The translations under genes were made by a program, and so were the position numbers. A model generated the notes under the pieces. The model was not told the origin of the DNA, did no database searches, and was given only the letters and a program-made list of their open reading frames with translations. 64,000 bases of DNA from Candidatus Nomurabacteria bacterium. GTDB taxonomy: Bacteria; Patescibacteriota; Minisyncoccia; Phycocordibacterales; UBA918. Below are positions 46,655 through 57,100 of the stretch, one piece after another (position 1 is the first letter of the stretch; the number at the start of each line of letters is the position of its first letter). The stretch is taken from positions 301,634-365,633 of the forward strand of contig CP060227.1 of NCBI GenBank assembly GCA_023898525.1, given 5' to 3'.

Positions 46655-47551
46655 TTATGAGATATTATCGGAGTCTATTAATCCAGCCAAGGTGCGTAAC
46701 TTTTGCAAAGCTACCTCTGCTTGTTTCCCTTTAGGAACCCGTTCTTCCGGCCCCTTACCCGGCGGGTTACCATGCCAACGAAAGTCACGTTCAAAAACAT
46801 CTACCCCTTTGGATGCAATTGTATGAGCGATAATTAATGATGGCTGACCATAAACAGCTTGGGCTTTACCAATTGCGTCGTTTACAGAACGAATATTGTG
46901 TCCATCCACCTCTTGAACATCAAAATTAAATGACTCAAATTTTTCGGCCAAAGGTTCGAGCGGCATAACATCCTTAGTGTAGCCATCTATTTGGATACCA
47001 TTGCGGTCAATTATTACAATTAGGTTATGTAATTTTTCTTTACCAGCCAAAAGGGCCGCCTCCCAGATTTGCCCTTCGTTTAATTCACCATCTCCTGTTA
47101 AACAATATACATACTTGGAAGAATACGGGTTATCGATCCTTTCTGCCAATGCCATTCCCACTGCTTGGGAAAGACCGGAACCGAGCGGGCCTGAACTAGT
47201 CTCGATACCAGGTAAAGCAGTGCGGTGCGGATGACCTTGCAACCTTGAACCAAACTTGCGCAAGGTTGCTAACTCCTCTATTGGAAAATATCCAGCATGA
47301 GCCATCGCCGCGTATAAGCCAGGACAAATGTGACCATTCGATAACACTAAACGATCACGTTCTTCCCAGTCAGGATTTTTTGGATCGTGTTTCAACACTT
47401 TAAAATAAAGAAGTGACAGTATGTCAGCCATACCAAGCGGACCAGCGGTATGTCCGCTACCAGCCGCTACCAGCATTTCAATTATACTTTGTCTAATCTG
47501 ATTGGCTTTTGCTTCTAAGTTTTTAACTTCATCGTTGGTTAAATAATACAT
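46655..47551 (-). CDS. tkt: Transketolase, N-terminal TPP-binding subunit
   Basis: GSGHTAGPLGMADI, the GDGELNEGQIWEA thiamine-diphosphate motif, and HPHRTALPGIETSSGPLG. Confidence 0.88.
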   Translation of the reverse strand: MYYLTNDEVKNLEAKANQIRQSIIEMLVAAGSGHTAGPLGMADILSLLYFKVLKHDPKNPDWEERDRLVLSNGHICPGLYAAMAHAGYFPIEELATLRKFGSRLQGHPHRTALPGIETSSGPLGSGLSQAVGMALAERIDNPYSSKYVYCLTGDGELNEGQIWEAALLAGKEKLHNLIVIIDRNGIQIDGYTKDVMPLEPLAEKFESFNFDVQEVDGHNIRSVNDAIGKAQAVYGQPSLIIAHTIASKGVDVFERDFRWHGNPPGKGPEERVPKGKQAEVALQKLRTLAGLIDSDNIS

Positions 47552-47631
47552 AAAAAATATATTGACAGTATAACAGCCTCAATAGTTAAATTATAGCCAG
47601 CAATTGTTAGAAACTATCCAAGATTTCACTA

Positions 47632-48288
47632 CTACTTATCTTGATTGGCCAACGAAACCAAATTCTTGTAAGCGGTATAAGGATCACTTGCTCCGACTAT
47701 CGCTGATCCAGCGATAAAACGATTGGCTCCAGCCCGCTTCAACAACAAAATTGTCTCTTGATTTACACTACCATCGATACTTATCGGATGATTAGGGAAC
47801 TTTTGTTTTATCACCTTTATTCGCTCCAAAACCCTGTCATCAAAAGATTGTCCCTGAGCGCCTATTTCAGCGATACCCATAAGTTGAACATAATCGGCTA
47901 TTTCTGCGTACGGATACAAATTCTCAAGCGGTGTGTCATTTAAAGCCGAAACACCAACCGAAACAGAAGTAGTATTTACAAAGGCTCGAAAAGACTCTAA
48001 ATTTATACTTTCAATATGAAAAACCAGCATGTCTGCACCGGCCTCTAGCCACTCCTGACCAGCTTCAATTGGATTTGTTACCATCAGATCTATCTCCACA
48101 GAACATTTAGCCGCCTCATCCCTTATTAAAAACGGTGAACCTGGTGGATTATAGGGCCAAGAAACAAAAGGTACAAACTTTCCGTCAACTACATCAATCT
48201 GTATCTCTTCCGCAAAAGATAGATTAACCAAAGACTGCTTTAGCTCTTCTTCTGACTTTGGAATAATGGCAGGAACAATTGGAATCAT
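47632..48288 (-). CDS. rpe: Ribulose-phosphate 3-epimerase-like TIM-barrel protein
   Basis: IVPAIIPKS...IQIDVVDGKFVP, ...LMVTNP, and the GSAIVGASDP phosphate-binding end. It sits in a pentose-phosphate gene cluster. Confidence 0.7.
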   Translation of the reverse strand: MIPIVPAIIPKSEEELKQSLVNLSFAEEIQIDVVDGKFVPFVSWPYNPPGSPFLIRDEAAKCSVEIDLMVTNPIEAGQEWLEAGADMLVFHIESINLESFRAFVNTTSVSVGVSALNDTPLENLYPYAEIADYVQLMGIAEIGAQGQSFDDRVLERIKVIKQKFPNHPISIDGSVNQETILLLKRAGANRFIAGSAIVGASDPYTAYKNLVSLANQDK

Positions 48289-48290
48289 AA

Positions 48291-48773
48291 TTATTTATAC
48301 AAAGACGCAACGGTTGTTTTGATCTTCCCATTACGTCGGTTATATTTCTCATCTTCAAGTACATTTATTGATAACCATTTTGTGATGGAAGACTTGACTT
48401 CCTCGACTGAAACAAACCTAGACCCAAACGACAATACGTTCGCATCATTATGCTGACGAGATAATTTTATAATTTCTTCATTCCCACCATAATAAACCGT
48501 GGCTCTAACTTCAGGATAACGGTTAGCCAACATAGCCTCCCCTTCACCCGAACCACCAAAAATAAAAGCACAGGATTCAGTTGGACTTTCATTCACAGCC
48601 AAACTAGCTAGATTAATAAAGTCAGGAAAATCATCTAGAGGATGTAGCTGGTGCGCACCATGATCTACCACTTCATAAACAGAATTCTTTAACCACTCCT
48701 TAATCGCCTCTTTATGTTCATACCCCGCATGATCAGCAGCTAAGTGAATGGTTTTTATATTCTCGACCTCCAT
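48291..48773 (-). CDS. rpiB: Ribose-5-phosphate isomerase B (RpiB/LacAB family)
   Basis: IHLAADHAGYEHKE, ...CAFIFGGSGEGEAMLANRYPEVRA. Confidence 0.82.
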   Translation of the reverse strand: MEVENIKTIHLAADHAGYEHKEAIKEWLKNSVYEVVDHGAHQLHPLDDFPDFINLASLAVNESPTESCAFIFGGSGEGEAMLANRYPEVRATVYYGGNEEIIKLSRQHNDANVLSFGSRFVSVEEVKSSITKWLSINVLEDEKYNRRNGKIKTTVASLYK

Positions 48774-48782
48774 ACATGAAAT

Positions 48783-49808
48783 TTACTTGGCAATATGTCC
48801 TGCTACCGCTCTTACGTGCTCAACCAAAGTTTGAGTGTAACTAGTTTCATTATCATACCAAGCCAAAACTTTCACTAAGTTACCGCCAACAACCTTTGTG
48901 AAAGATAAATCTGCAATTGAGCCGACCCGTGACCCAATGATGTCGCTAGAAACAATCTGTTCGGTCGTAGCTGCAAACAAATTTTTCCATCTTGGATTTT
49001 CTGCTGCATCAGCTAAAGCCTTATTTACCTCTTCTACCGTAGTGTCTTTAGACGCAATAAAAGTAACGTCAACTATTGACCCTACTGGCACCGGTACTCG
49101 CATAGCGATACCATCAAACTTATCTTTGAGTTCAGTATGAGCTAGAGTAGTAGCAATAGCTGCGCCAGTCGTGCTAGGCACGATATTGATAGCAGCTGCC
49201 CGGCCAGCTCGTAAATCTTTTTTACTAGGACCGTCAACCAATGACTGAGAAGCAGTATACGCATGAACTGTGTTTAGTACCGCTTTCTCAATTCCGATTG
49301 ACTCTTTCAAAATAGCGATCAATGGACTGGTAGCGTTAGTGGTACAAGAAGCGTTAGACGATATTTGACAGGTAGCCAGAGCATCATGATTAACCCCCAT
49401 CAACACAGTCGCTCCTGACACACCTTCGACCGGCTTACCTTTAACCGGAGCTGAAACTACAACCCTTTTTGCACCAGCATCAAGATGGGCTTTTGAACCC
49501 TCATAGGTAGTGAAAAAGCCAGTAGATTCAATTACAACATCAATATTCATATCTCGCCATGGCAATTTACCAGGCTCGCGCTCTTGTAAAAAGGTCACCT
49601 CCTTATCCTGGATGATTAACTTTCCATCTTTTTGATCCACACTAAAAGGACTCCTACCGTAGACAGAGTCATACTCCAGTAAGTAAGCCAGGCTTTCCAA
49701 ATTTCCCAGATCGTTGATTGCCACCACTTCAAAATCTGGATTACCATAGGCTAACCGAAAGAAAGTTCTTCCGATGCGACCAAAACCATTTATTGCAACA
49801 CGTACCAT
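48783..49808 (-). CDS. gap: Glyceraldehyde-3-phosphate dehydrogenase
   Basis: MVRVAINGFGRIGR Rossmann N-terminus, the catalytic SNASCTTN, and WYDNE. Confidence 0.9.
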   Translation of the reverse strand: MVRVAINGFGRIGRTFFRLAYGNPDFEVVAINDLGNLESLAYLLEYDSVYGRSPFSVDQKDGKLIIQDKEVTFLQEREPGKLPWRDMNIDVVIESTGFFTTYEGSKAHLDAGAKRVVVSAPVKGKPVEGVSGATVLMGVNHDALATCQISSNASCTTNATSPLIAILKESIGIEKAVLNTVHAYTASQSLVDGPSKKDLRAGRAAAINIVPSTTGAAIATTLAHTELKDKFDGIAMRVPVPVGSIVDVTFIASKDTTVEEVNKALADAAENPRWKNLFAATTEQIVSSDIIGSRVGSIADLSFTKVVGGNLVKVLAWYDNETSYTQTLVEHVRAVAGHIAK

Positions 49809-49873
49809 GTATATATAAAACTAAAACTTATTAAGTCTTAATACTATAACGACAAAAGCACAAAACGACACTA

Positions 49874-51472
49874 CTAATTATCCTCACCCCGCCTTTTTAT
49901 CAACCAAAGCAAAAATAAAATTAAAAAAGTACCTACTCCTAAATAAAAAAGTGGTGAGGTATATTTAATGGCTGTAACAATTTTATCAGGAAATACAACT
50001 TCTGGATTAGTCTGAACATTTGACACCACAAAGTCAATTTGTTTCTTTTTAGTAGCCACTACCTTGGCTTCAAAATCAAAAACCTCAACCTGCAACCTTG
50101 AAACACCAAGTACATTAAGTGGCGCTATGGTCGCTTCGTAAGCCGTCTTCTCGGTATTTAGACGGAGTAAAAAAGAATAGCTACGACGCTGATCCGTTGG
50201 ATCAAGAATGGTAACAATTATTGACTTAAGGTGTTTTGGTAGCGCTTCGTAAGGAATCCTGATAACAAACTGCTCTTGGTAAACTAAAGGAATTCTTTCC
50301 GAAGCAAAGGTATATATTAAATCTGACTGTAACAAATAAATATCCTCTCGTCCTAAAATGGAAGGTAACTCATCAGTTAACTCCGTGTTTTCAACTTTGT
50401 CCGAATCAGTTGATATGGTACCAGTAGCTGGTAAGTCATTAGTTGATTCTACCGGTGAAGAAAAAAACCGAGAAACAGATACAACCGCTCCCGATGAGAT
50501 ATTATCATTATCATCTATTACAAATACACTATAGAATTGCTTACCCGCATCTTTTAAAGCACCTTTGTCGGTCGCTCCTGCCCCTGTACCGCTGTAAATA
50601 ATTTTACCGTCATAGATATCAGCTGGGTAACTATTTGGATTCCTCACTACTCTAATTTCTTTTATCGACACCGAAGTCGGTGATTGCCATGACAAAATTA
50701 CATCATCAATATCTTGTCTGGCCTGCAATCTCAAAACATTAGGCGGTGAAAAAATCTCTGTTGTTTCCACAGTCTTAAACTGACCCGTTTTTAATATAAC
50801 CTTGTTACCAGACGGAGTAATAGCTGTAAGCTCATACCAGTAGTCGGTAGCCGGCTCTAATTCAGCCAGTATTGTCTTATGAGAAGTACTGAAGGTTTCA
50901 TTGGTGATATATCCGTCTTTATATTCATAGGTTTTACCCCATCTTATTAAGTAACGGGAAATTCCATAAGTTTGCCATTCAAGGATTGCTTTATTTGTAA
51001 AAGTTATCACCTCTATATTTTTCAACTGAACAGCCCTAGTTGATTGTGAGCCAGAATTGTTCGCAATATCGGTTGAGGTGGGAGTTGTAGGTGGTGGCGG
51101 TAAAGACAAGGTTGTAGTCGATAAAGCATTTGAGGTTGTCGACAGATTGTACGAAGTATCAAAAGCATAAACCTCATAAGTATAGGGTGTTTCAGAATTT
51201 AGTCCGCTATCACTGTAAGACGTGAGTGTGGTAGTGGCAATTGCCACACTATCACGTGATAACACATACCCACCAACCGCCAAATTATCAGTAGAGACAC
51301 TCCACGCTAAATCAATCTGTGAAGCAGTCACTGGTACAGCCGACAACAGCACTGGTGTTGTTGGGGGCTGAGTATCATCACCAACTAACGTTTTAATTGT
51401 AAATTGATCTGTAGCTGCAAAACTCGCAATCGGTGACAATGTCAACACGCAGGTTAGTATAAACTTGATCAT
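49874..51472 (-). CDS. Secreted FN3-domain surface protein with a C-terminal TM anchor
   Basis: Signal peptide, a Pro/Thr linker, at least 3 fibronectin-III-like modules (QIDLAWSVSTDNLAVGGYVL...YTYEVYAFD), a C-terminal hydrophobic helix and KRRGEDN. It overlaps the next gene by 4 bp. Confidence 0.6.
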   Translation of the reverse strand: MIKFILTCVLTLSPIASFAATDQFTIKTLVGDDTQPPTTPVLLSAVPVTASQIDLAWSVSTDNLAVGGYVLSRDSVAIATTTLTSYSDSGLNSETPYTYEVYAFDTSYNLSTTSNALSTTTLSLPPPPTTPTSTDIANNSGSQSTRAVQLKNIEVITFTNKAILEWQTYGISRYLIRWGKTYEYKDGYITNETFSTSHKTILAELEPATDYWYELTAITPSGNKVILKTGQFKTVETTEIFSPPNVLRLQARQDIDDVILSWQSPTSVSIKEIRVVRNPNSYPADIYDGKIIYSGTGAGATDKGALKDAGKQFYSVFVIDDNDNISSGAVVSVSRFFSSPVESTNDLPATGTISTDSDKVENTELTDELPSILGREDIYLLQSDLIYTFASERIPLVYQEQFVIRIPYEALPKHLKSIIVTILDPTDQRRSYSFLLRLNTEKTAYEATIAPLNVLGVSRLQVEVFDFEAKVVATKKKQIDFVVSNVQTNPEVVFPDKIVTAIKYTSPLFYLGVGTFLILFLLWLIKRRGEDN

Positions 51473-52257
51473 AGAGGTACAGCTGTTAGGGTAGAGGTCG
51501 CCACATAGTCACCAGCTATCGCACCCGCTTCACTACCAATACCAACCTTGAAATAAAGCGTGGTCGTAGCTCCACTCGGTTGGTTAGCCGCTCCCTGCGC
51601 GATGGTCTTATTAGTCGTGGACAAACCATCCCAACAAGTTAAAGCTGTACTGTTGCTACCAATGTTACAATTTGAAGTATCATTTAACCAGCGCTGGGTC
51701 ACATCATTCCCTTGCGGTGAAAAACCAAAGTAGGTATCAGTGGTTCCATACGTAAAAGACATATCTGGATCCGGTGAAGCGGTTGGAATATAGTCAGAAA
51801 TAGTATCAACCCCTTTTTGCATGGCCGGGTTATTTTCAGCAGCTATGGTCAATTGGTAACCACTAGGACTATCCGTCATAACCGAGACGCTGGTAGAACC
51901 ATTAGATTCACCTCCGGTTAGACCACCCAAACTTGTCATAACAACATCGGGTACCGTAGTTATACTAATAAAAACCTCTTGCATCTGCTGATATCCAGCT
52001 TTTAGTGAATAAGCTGAACTCGTACCTTCACCAGTAGCTATTTCGCCAGCAGTGCTCTCTAGTTCATAATTAGTAGAAGTTGATAAGCCGCCACCAAAGT
52101 TCAAACTGTCACTTTGCAATTGATAATTTGAACTGCTACGCACCTGAGCTTCAGACAAAGATAACAAACCCAAGATTATTGCGGTTAACAAAAATGATTG
52201 TATTGAACTAATAAACAAATCTCTAAAGTACATGCTAACTCCGACGTTTAAATTCAA
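51469..52257 (-). CDS. Ser/Thr/Gly-rich secreted protein with a WxL-like C-terminus (paralog A)
   Basis: Signal peptide, a beta-rich low-complexity body and conserved Cys pairs. The C-terminus LTCWDGL...GDYVATSTLTAVPL resembles the two C-terminal WxL motifs (LTWxL, ...tYtgtLtWtL) of Firmicutes WxL proteins, with Trp replaced by Ala in the second motif. Confidence 0.42.
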   Translation of the reverse strand: MNLNVGVSMYFRDLFISSIQSFLLTAIILGLLSLSEAQVRSSSNYQLQSDSLNFGGGLSTSTNYELESTAGEIATGEGTSSAYSLKAGYQQMQEVFISITTVPDVVMTSLGGLTGGESNGSTSVSVMTDSPSGYQLTIAAENNPAMQKGVDTISDYIPTASPDPDMSFTYGTTDTYFGFSPQGNDVTQRWLNDTSNCNIGSNSTALTCWDGLSTTNKTIAQGAANQPSGATTTLYFKVGIGSEAGAIAGDYVATSTLTAVPL

Positions 52258-53320
52258 ACGTCCTAAAAAAAGCTCTAATACCGAATAGTATAATAAATAT
52301 AGCTAAGAATATTCCACCAGTAACCTTCCAAGGTAGCACCCAGAAAGATACTGAAACCTCGTCCACAATATCATCATAGCCACGATTAACCAGGGCTGTG
52401 GCTGTATACCTACCAAACAGCAGCTCGCGATCCCAGGTTACAGTTCTTGAGCGGAGTGACTTAGGCAGAGCAAACCATGGGTCAAGCTCAACAAAACCAA
52501 CTTCCTCTCCCAAAATATTTTTTACCCTAAGTTCACCATAAGGATTAAGGTGGATTGACCCAGTATTCTCATAAAGTACATTCATTTCTATTGGCCCTTT
52601 TTCGTACCACCACTTACCATTAGCCAACGCTATCTCTTTAGTTTCTCCACTAGTCTTAATGTCACCTGGAACAGTGATGAAAAACAGAGTACCGACCCGA
52701 GCGATTATCGGTGACCGCGGTACATCATTATCTTCCTCACCGTTGTTTTCACGAATTGTAGAAACTAAAACACCTCCATAGTATCCACCTGGCTCAGCAT
52801 CTGGCGGTATAGTTATAGTAACAGGTATCCTGGCTCGCTCACCAAGAGATAGTGTAAATGAATCTTCTGGAAAGCTTATATAATCTTTTATGGTATACGG
52901 ACCTTTTTCATCTCCAAGTAATACGACCGAATCGCGACCATCATCAGAACCAGCGATATCCTCAACTTCAAGTTTAAAGATTCGGTCGTCACTAATACGG
53001 TTAGCCACCGATATTGGATAAACGACTGTTTCGCCAGGCTTAATTTCGAGTTCAGCCCTACCAGGACCAACTACAAAGTCACCTTGTTGAATATTATTTC
53101 CAGTTAACTGTTCAACTTCAAACCAAGGCTCTTTGTCGTTAACGCTCTCAGTCGTAGTGGCCAAAGCAGTATCTAAACCTGAGGTTGATGTATCTGTCTC
53201 AGTATTAGTTTGTGCTCTAGACGTCTGAGTTAAACTAAAAACTATGATTAGTGTTACCAGTAAAACTAATGAATAAATAACGCTGTGCTTTGTACTCTCT
53301 GAATTTGTAGTCATAACCAT
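52235..53320 (-). CDS. Signal-peptide plus C-terminal TM protein with DUF916/DUF3324-like architecture
   Basis: 361 aa. Signal/TM, two beta-sandwich-like halves (PDAEPGGYYGGVLVS; YENTGSIHLNPYGEL...FWVLPWK), then a C-terminal TM (GGIFLAIFIILFGI) and a basic tail. Its size and topology match the DUF916-DUF3324 proteins found in WxL (Csc) loci. Confidence 0.45.
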   Translation of the reverse strand: MVMTTNSESTKHSVIYSLVLLVTLIIVFSLTQTSRAQTNTETDTSTSGLDTALATTTESVNDKEPWFEVEQLTGNNIQQGDFVVGPGRAELEIKPGETVVYPISVANRISDDRIFKLEVEDIAGSDDGRDSVVLLGDEKGPYTIKDYISFPEDSFTLSLGERARIPVTITIPPDAEPGGYYGGVLVSTIRENNGEEDNDVPRSPIIARVGTLFFITVPGDIKTSGETKEIALANGKWWYEKGPIEMNVLYENTGSIHLNPYGELRVKNILGEEVGFVELDPWFALPKSLRSRTVTWDRELLFGRYTATALVNRGYDDIVDEVSVSFWVLPWKVTGGIFLAIFIILFGIRAFFRTFEFKRRS

Positions 53321-53335
53321 GTGACTACTTTATCG

Positions 53336-54034
53336 TTATTGGTTGAGTGCTGTCAAGGTTGCAGTTGCTGTGTATGTATCGGTTTCTATTGTTGGACTTG
53401 GAGAGTTTGGTACGTATACCCGAAAATTTATGGTTGTTGTGGCACCAGTAGTGGCAGCTGAACTTCTATTTATGATTTGAAATCCAGTTGTTTGCGGTTC
53501 CATCCAACAGGTTAGAGGATTACTACTTCCTGATGTGTTACAACTACCGGCTCCGTTATCTTGAAACGATTGATCAACATCAGAGGCGTTGTCAGCGGTG
53601 GCGGTGTAAGCAAAGACAGCTGAAGTACTGGCAGTATAGAAACCGTATGTTGGTTCACTACTAGAAGCAGTATAATCGTGAATTGAGGTACCGGCATAAG
53701 CATCACCCACCATAGCATTATCTGTACCATTATCGGTGAATGCAATAGACATAGTGTAGCCAGTAGAGCTGTTGGTGGTAACAACAGCTGTCGTTGTACC
53801 GTTTGATGTACCTCCAGTCACACCGTTGATGCTACCACTCATAGTGACATCAGTTGGCTGAACTAGAAACGAAATCTCTCCTGTGATAGTCTGCTTAATA
53901 GTAAAAGCGTTACTGTCTACAGCTTGACCAACTCTTGGTTCAGCCACAAAGAAAGTAGCTGCTACAAAAGTAATAATTACGAAAGATGTTAAAAGTGCTT
54001 GCCAAGCTGAATTTATATAATGATTAATATTCAT
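53336..54034 (-). CDS. Ser/Thr/Gly-rich secreted protein with a WxL-like C-terminus (paralog B)
   Basis: It is homologous to 51469..52257 (VTGGTSNGTTTAVVTTNSSTGYTMSIA vs LTGGESNGSTSVSVMTDSPSGYQLTIA). The C-terminus is LTCWMEP...DTYTATATLTALNQ. Confidence 0.42.
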   Translation of the reverse strand: MNINHYINSAWQALLTSFVIITFVAATFFVAEPRVGQAVDSNAFTIKQTITGEISFLVQPTDVTMSGSINGVTGGTSNGTTTAVVTTNSSTGYTMSIAFTDNGTDNAMVGDAYAGTSIHDYTASSSEPTYGFYTASTSAVFAYTATADNASDVDQSFQDNGAGSCNTSGSSNPLTCWMEPQTTGFQIINRSSAATTGATTTINFRVYVPNSPSPTIETDTYTATATLTALNQ

Positions 54035-54132
54035 AATGTCTATACTATATTTTTAGGTTTTACTACTCTATTATAACAAGGTTTTACTTAATATATTGGT
54101 GACAAAGTTGGGATATGGGTATAACTTGAACT

Positions 54133-57100
54133 TTATACTCTACCTCCACCTCCACCTCCCCCGCCACCAGTTTGGTGAAACACACGCACTTCAAGCGCGT
54201 CTAGGTTTATGGTATTACTTTCAGGCGTAGCGGTAACTCTTATTAAGAAGGTACTGGGTGTAAATTCAGTTGATGACCAAGTTCTCCCCCACGTATCTGT
54301 ATTACCACCAACCGTATAAACAATATCTGTTCCAGATAAAGTTGGAGTGGCCTTTCCGGTAGTGTAAGAAGAACCGCCGTCCCAGGACAAAGAAACATCG
54401 ACTGTGCCGGTAGCCGTAGTACCAGAAATATCCAGCTTTACTGCTATACCTTGTATAGTATTACTTCCAGGTATACTGAAGTTAAATCCAGTATAACTCT
54501 GACGTAAGCTACTGGTAGAAGCAGTGGCATAAACACCATCAGAATTGTAAGCGTTTTCCGGATTAGTCCATTCGTTGTTAGGAGTACCTGTGTTACTTGG
54601 ACTAAAGTAGTTGGGGCTATAAGTAATATTCTCATCATCTACATTCTGTCCTACATTACCACCTCCACCCGAACCACCACCTGTTTCCATACCGTTTCCA
54701 GGTGGAGGCGTATCTCCAGTGCGAGATGAACTTCCTCCCGAGCCTGCTGTATTTCGTATATGCTGAACCTCATCTACAGAACCGATAATAACCGGAGACA
54801 CAGCAGAAGTTGTACCAACAGATGTTATTCCGGTAACTGGTAAACTAATCGTCATTGAATCACCTCTATCTATAGAGCTTGTATTACCAATTATCAAATA
54901 ATCAGAACTGGTCGTAGCATAGAAGTCAGTACTGAAAGTAATCGCCCCGAGCTGACCATTAACAGTCATAATACCGGAGTTGTCTAACAACTCATCACCA
55001 CCATCCATTACTTGGTCATTGTTGATATCACGATATAGACGTAAAGTATCCACATTGTCGGTGTCAATTCCCTGTACTCCCCTCAAAGTGAACACAATAT
55101 CTGTGACTGTCACATCCTCTCCTGATGGATCTAAAGAGAAAGCGTATAATGCTTCATCGGTCTTATTTTGGAAACTAAACTGGTTACTTACCTGACCCAA
55201 AGTATGATTACCTAAAGTCATGGATCCGCTTATATCTATGGTTTTGGTGTCCTCCGTAATTGCAGTTGTCGTAGCTGAGCCATCTACATGCAAAGCAAAT
55301 TTACCAGATGTAGTACTGACTGTCGAAAAACTACCAACTTCTATGTTATCAATAGTCAAAGTGTCTCCGTTTACAAAATCACTAGTCACATCAATCAATA
55401 ATGTAGCTCCACCATCCTCATATGAAACAGTACTAAACACCTTCCCTGAAGCGGTTCCGCCAAATGTTGGAGTTGTTACACCAGTACTAAAATAGAAGTC
55501 GGTGGTAGTAGTAGCTATAGTAATACGAATGTCATTGGCCGCGACTATGTTGGTGCTACTAGAATTTTTAGTGATAGTAATTTGATCCAAAGTTGTGGAT
55601 GCTTGACCAACGTAGAAATTATAACTATAAACCGAAGCCAGTGTGACAGGAACATTCGTATTCCAATTAGTATTATTACCACTATCAATACAACCAGTAC
55701 CACAATTTATAGTTGTAATATTTATATTGTCCGAATCTTGCACGTCCAAATAAGCAACAGTGGTGCTGGCTCGTGGATCTATGTACCATTCTCCGGTAGA
55801 GCTACTAGAGCGTAATGATAAGAGGTTGCCGTCGGTACCGGTTAAAGTTAATTGATCTTCTATGACATAAGTTCCACCAGATGAAAAGGTTAAAGTGTCT
55901 GCGGTGGTCACTTCTTTGGATAGAGTATAAAAAGTAGTGGTGGCTGACGAGACCAGTGATTGACTGGTACCAGATAAAGTTATGGTTCCGCTAGAGTGGT
56001 TGAAGGTACCGTAGTTACTCATGTCACCGGCTACAGTAAGACTGCTTGGAGCGGTTAGAGTGGATGAAGTAGAGATGGTGAGATTGGTGGTGGAGGAGAT
56101 ATCTTGAAAAGTGACTTGACCGGTTATTATTAGGCTACTAAAATCATCACCACTAACCATGCTTCCGCTCATATTTGCCGGCACACGAAAAGACATAAGC
56201 TCACAACCAATCGCTGAACCAGCGACCTGGGAACAGGCGGTAGCATCTGCAGATTTACCAATGTAAATATTATCTCCAACCTTGATTAAGTTATTTATAT
56301 CTTCTAGTCCGGTGCCAGTACTACCACCGTTCACATCTCGCCCTGCCACGTAAATCGGGTTGGTGGTGGAGGAGATGTCGAAAACCATTAGTTCGCAGCC
56401 GTCGGCTGAGCCAGCGGTTTGCGAGCAAGCAGTAGCATTTTGAAGCTTCCCTAAATATAGATAATCACCATCCACGTAGATAGAAGTCGCATTAATATTT
56501 CCTACTCCAGTATCATCCCCTGTCACATCTCGTCCTGCCACGTAAATCGGGTTGGTGGTGGAGGAGATGTCGAAAACCATTAGTTCACAACCTCTGGCGG
56601 AGCCGGCGGTTTGGGAACAGGCGGTGATATCTCCACTTTTACTCATATATAGGTAGTTACCAGAGATTTGAATATCATACACAGCCTCTGCTTTGTTACC
56701 AGTACTAGAACCATCCACATCTCGCCCTGCCACGTAAATCGGGTTGGTGGTGGAGGAGATGTCGAAAACCATTAGTTCACAACCAATCGCTGAGCCGGCG
56801 GTTTGGGAACAGGCAGTAGGGTCTTGAGTTTTTCCTATATACAAATAATTACCCCTAATCGCTATACTATCGATATTCTCACCTCCAGTTCCTGTACTAT
56901 CACCAGTAACGTCTTGTCCTGCCACATATATCGGATTAGTCGTAGAAGAAATATCGTAGACCATAAGTTCACAACCAATCGCTGAGCCGGCGGTTTGGGA
57001 ACAGGCAGTAGTGTCAAAACCCTTCCCGATATATAAACTACTTCCAGATATTGCTAAAGACCTGATATCTAATGCAGTAGTTCCTGTACTTGAACCATCC

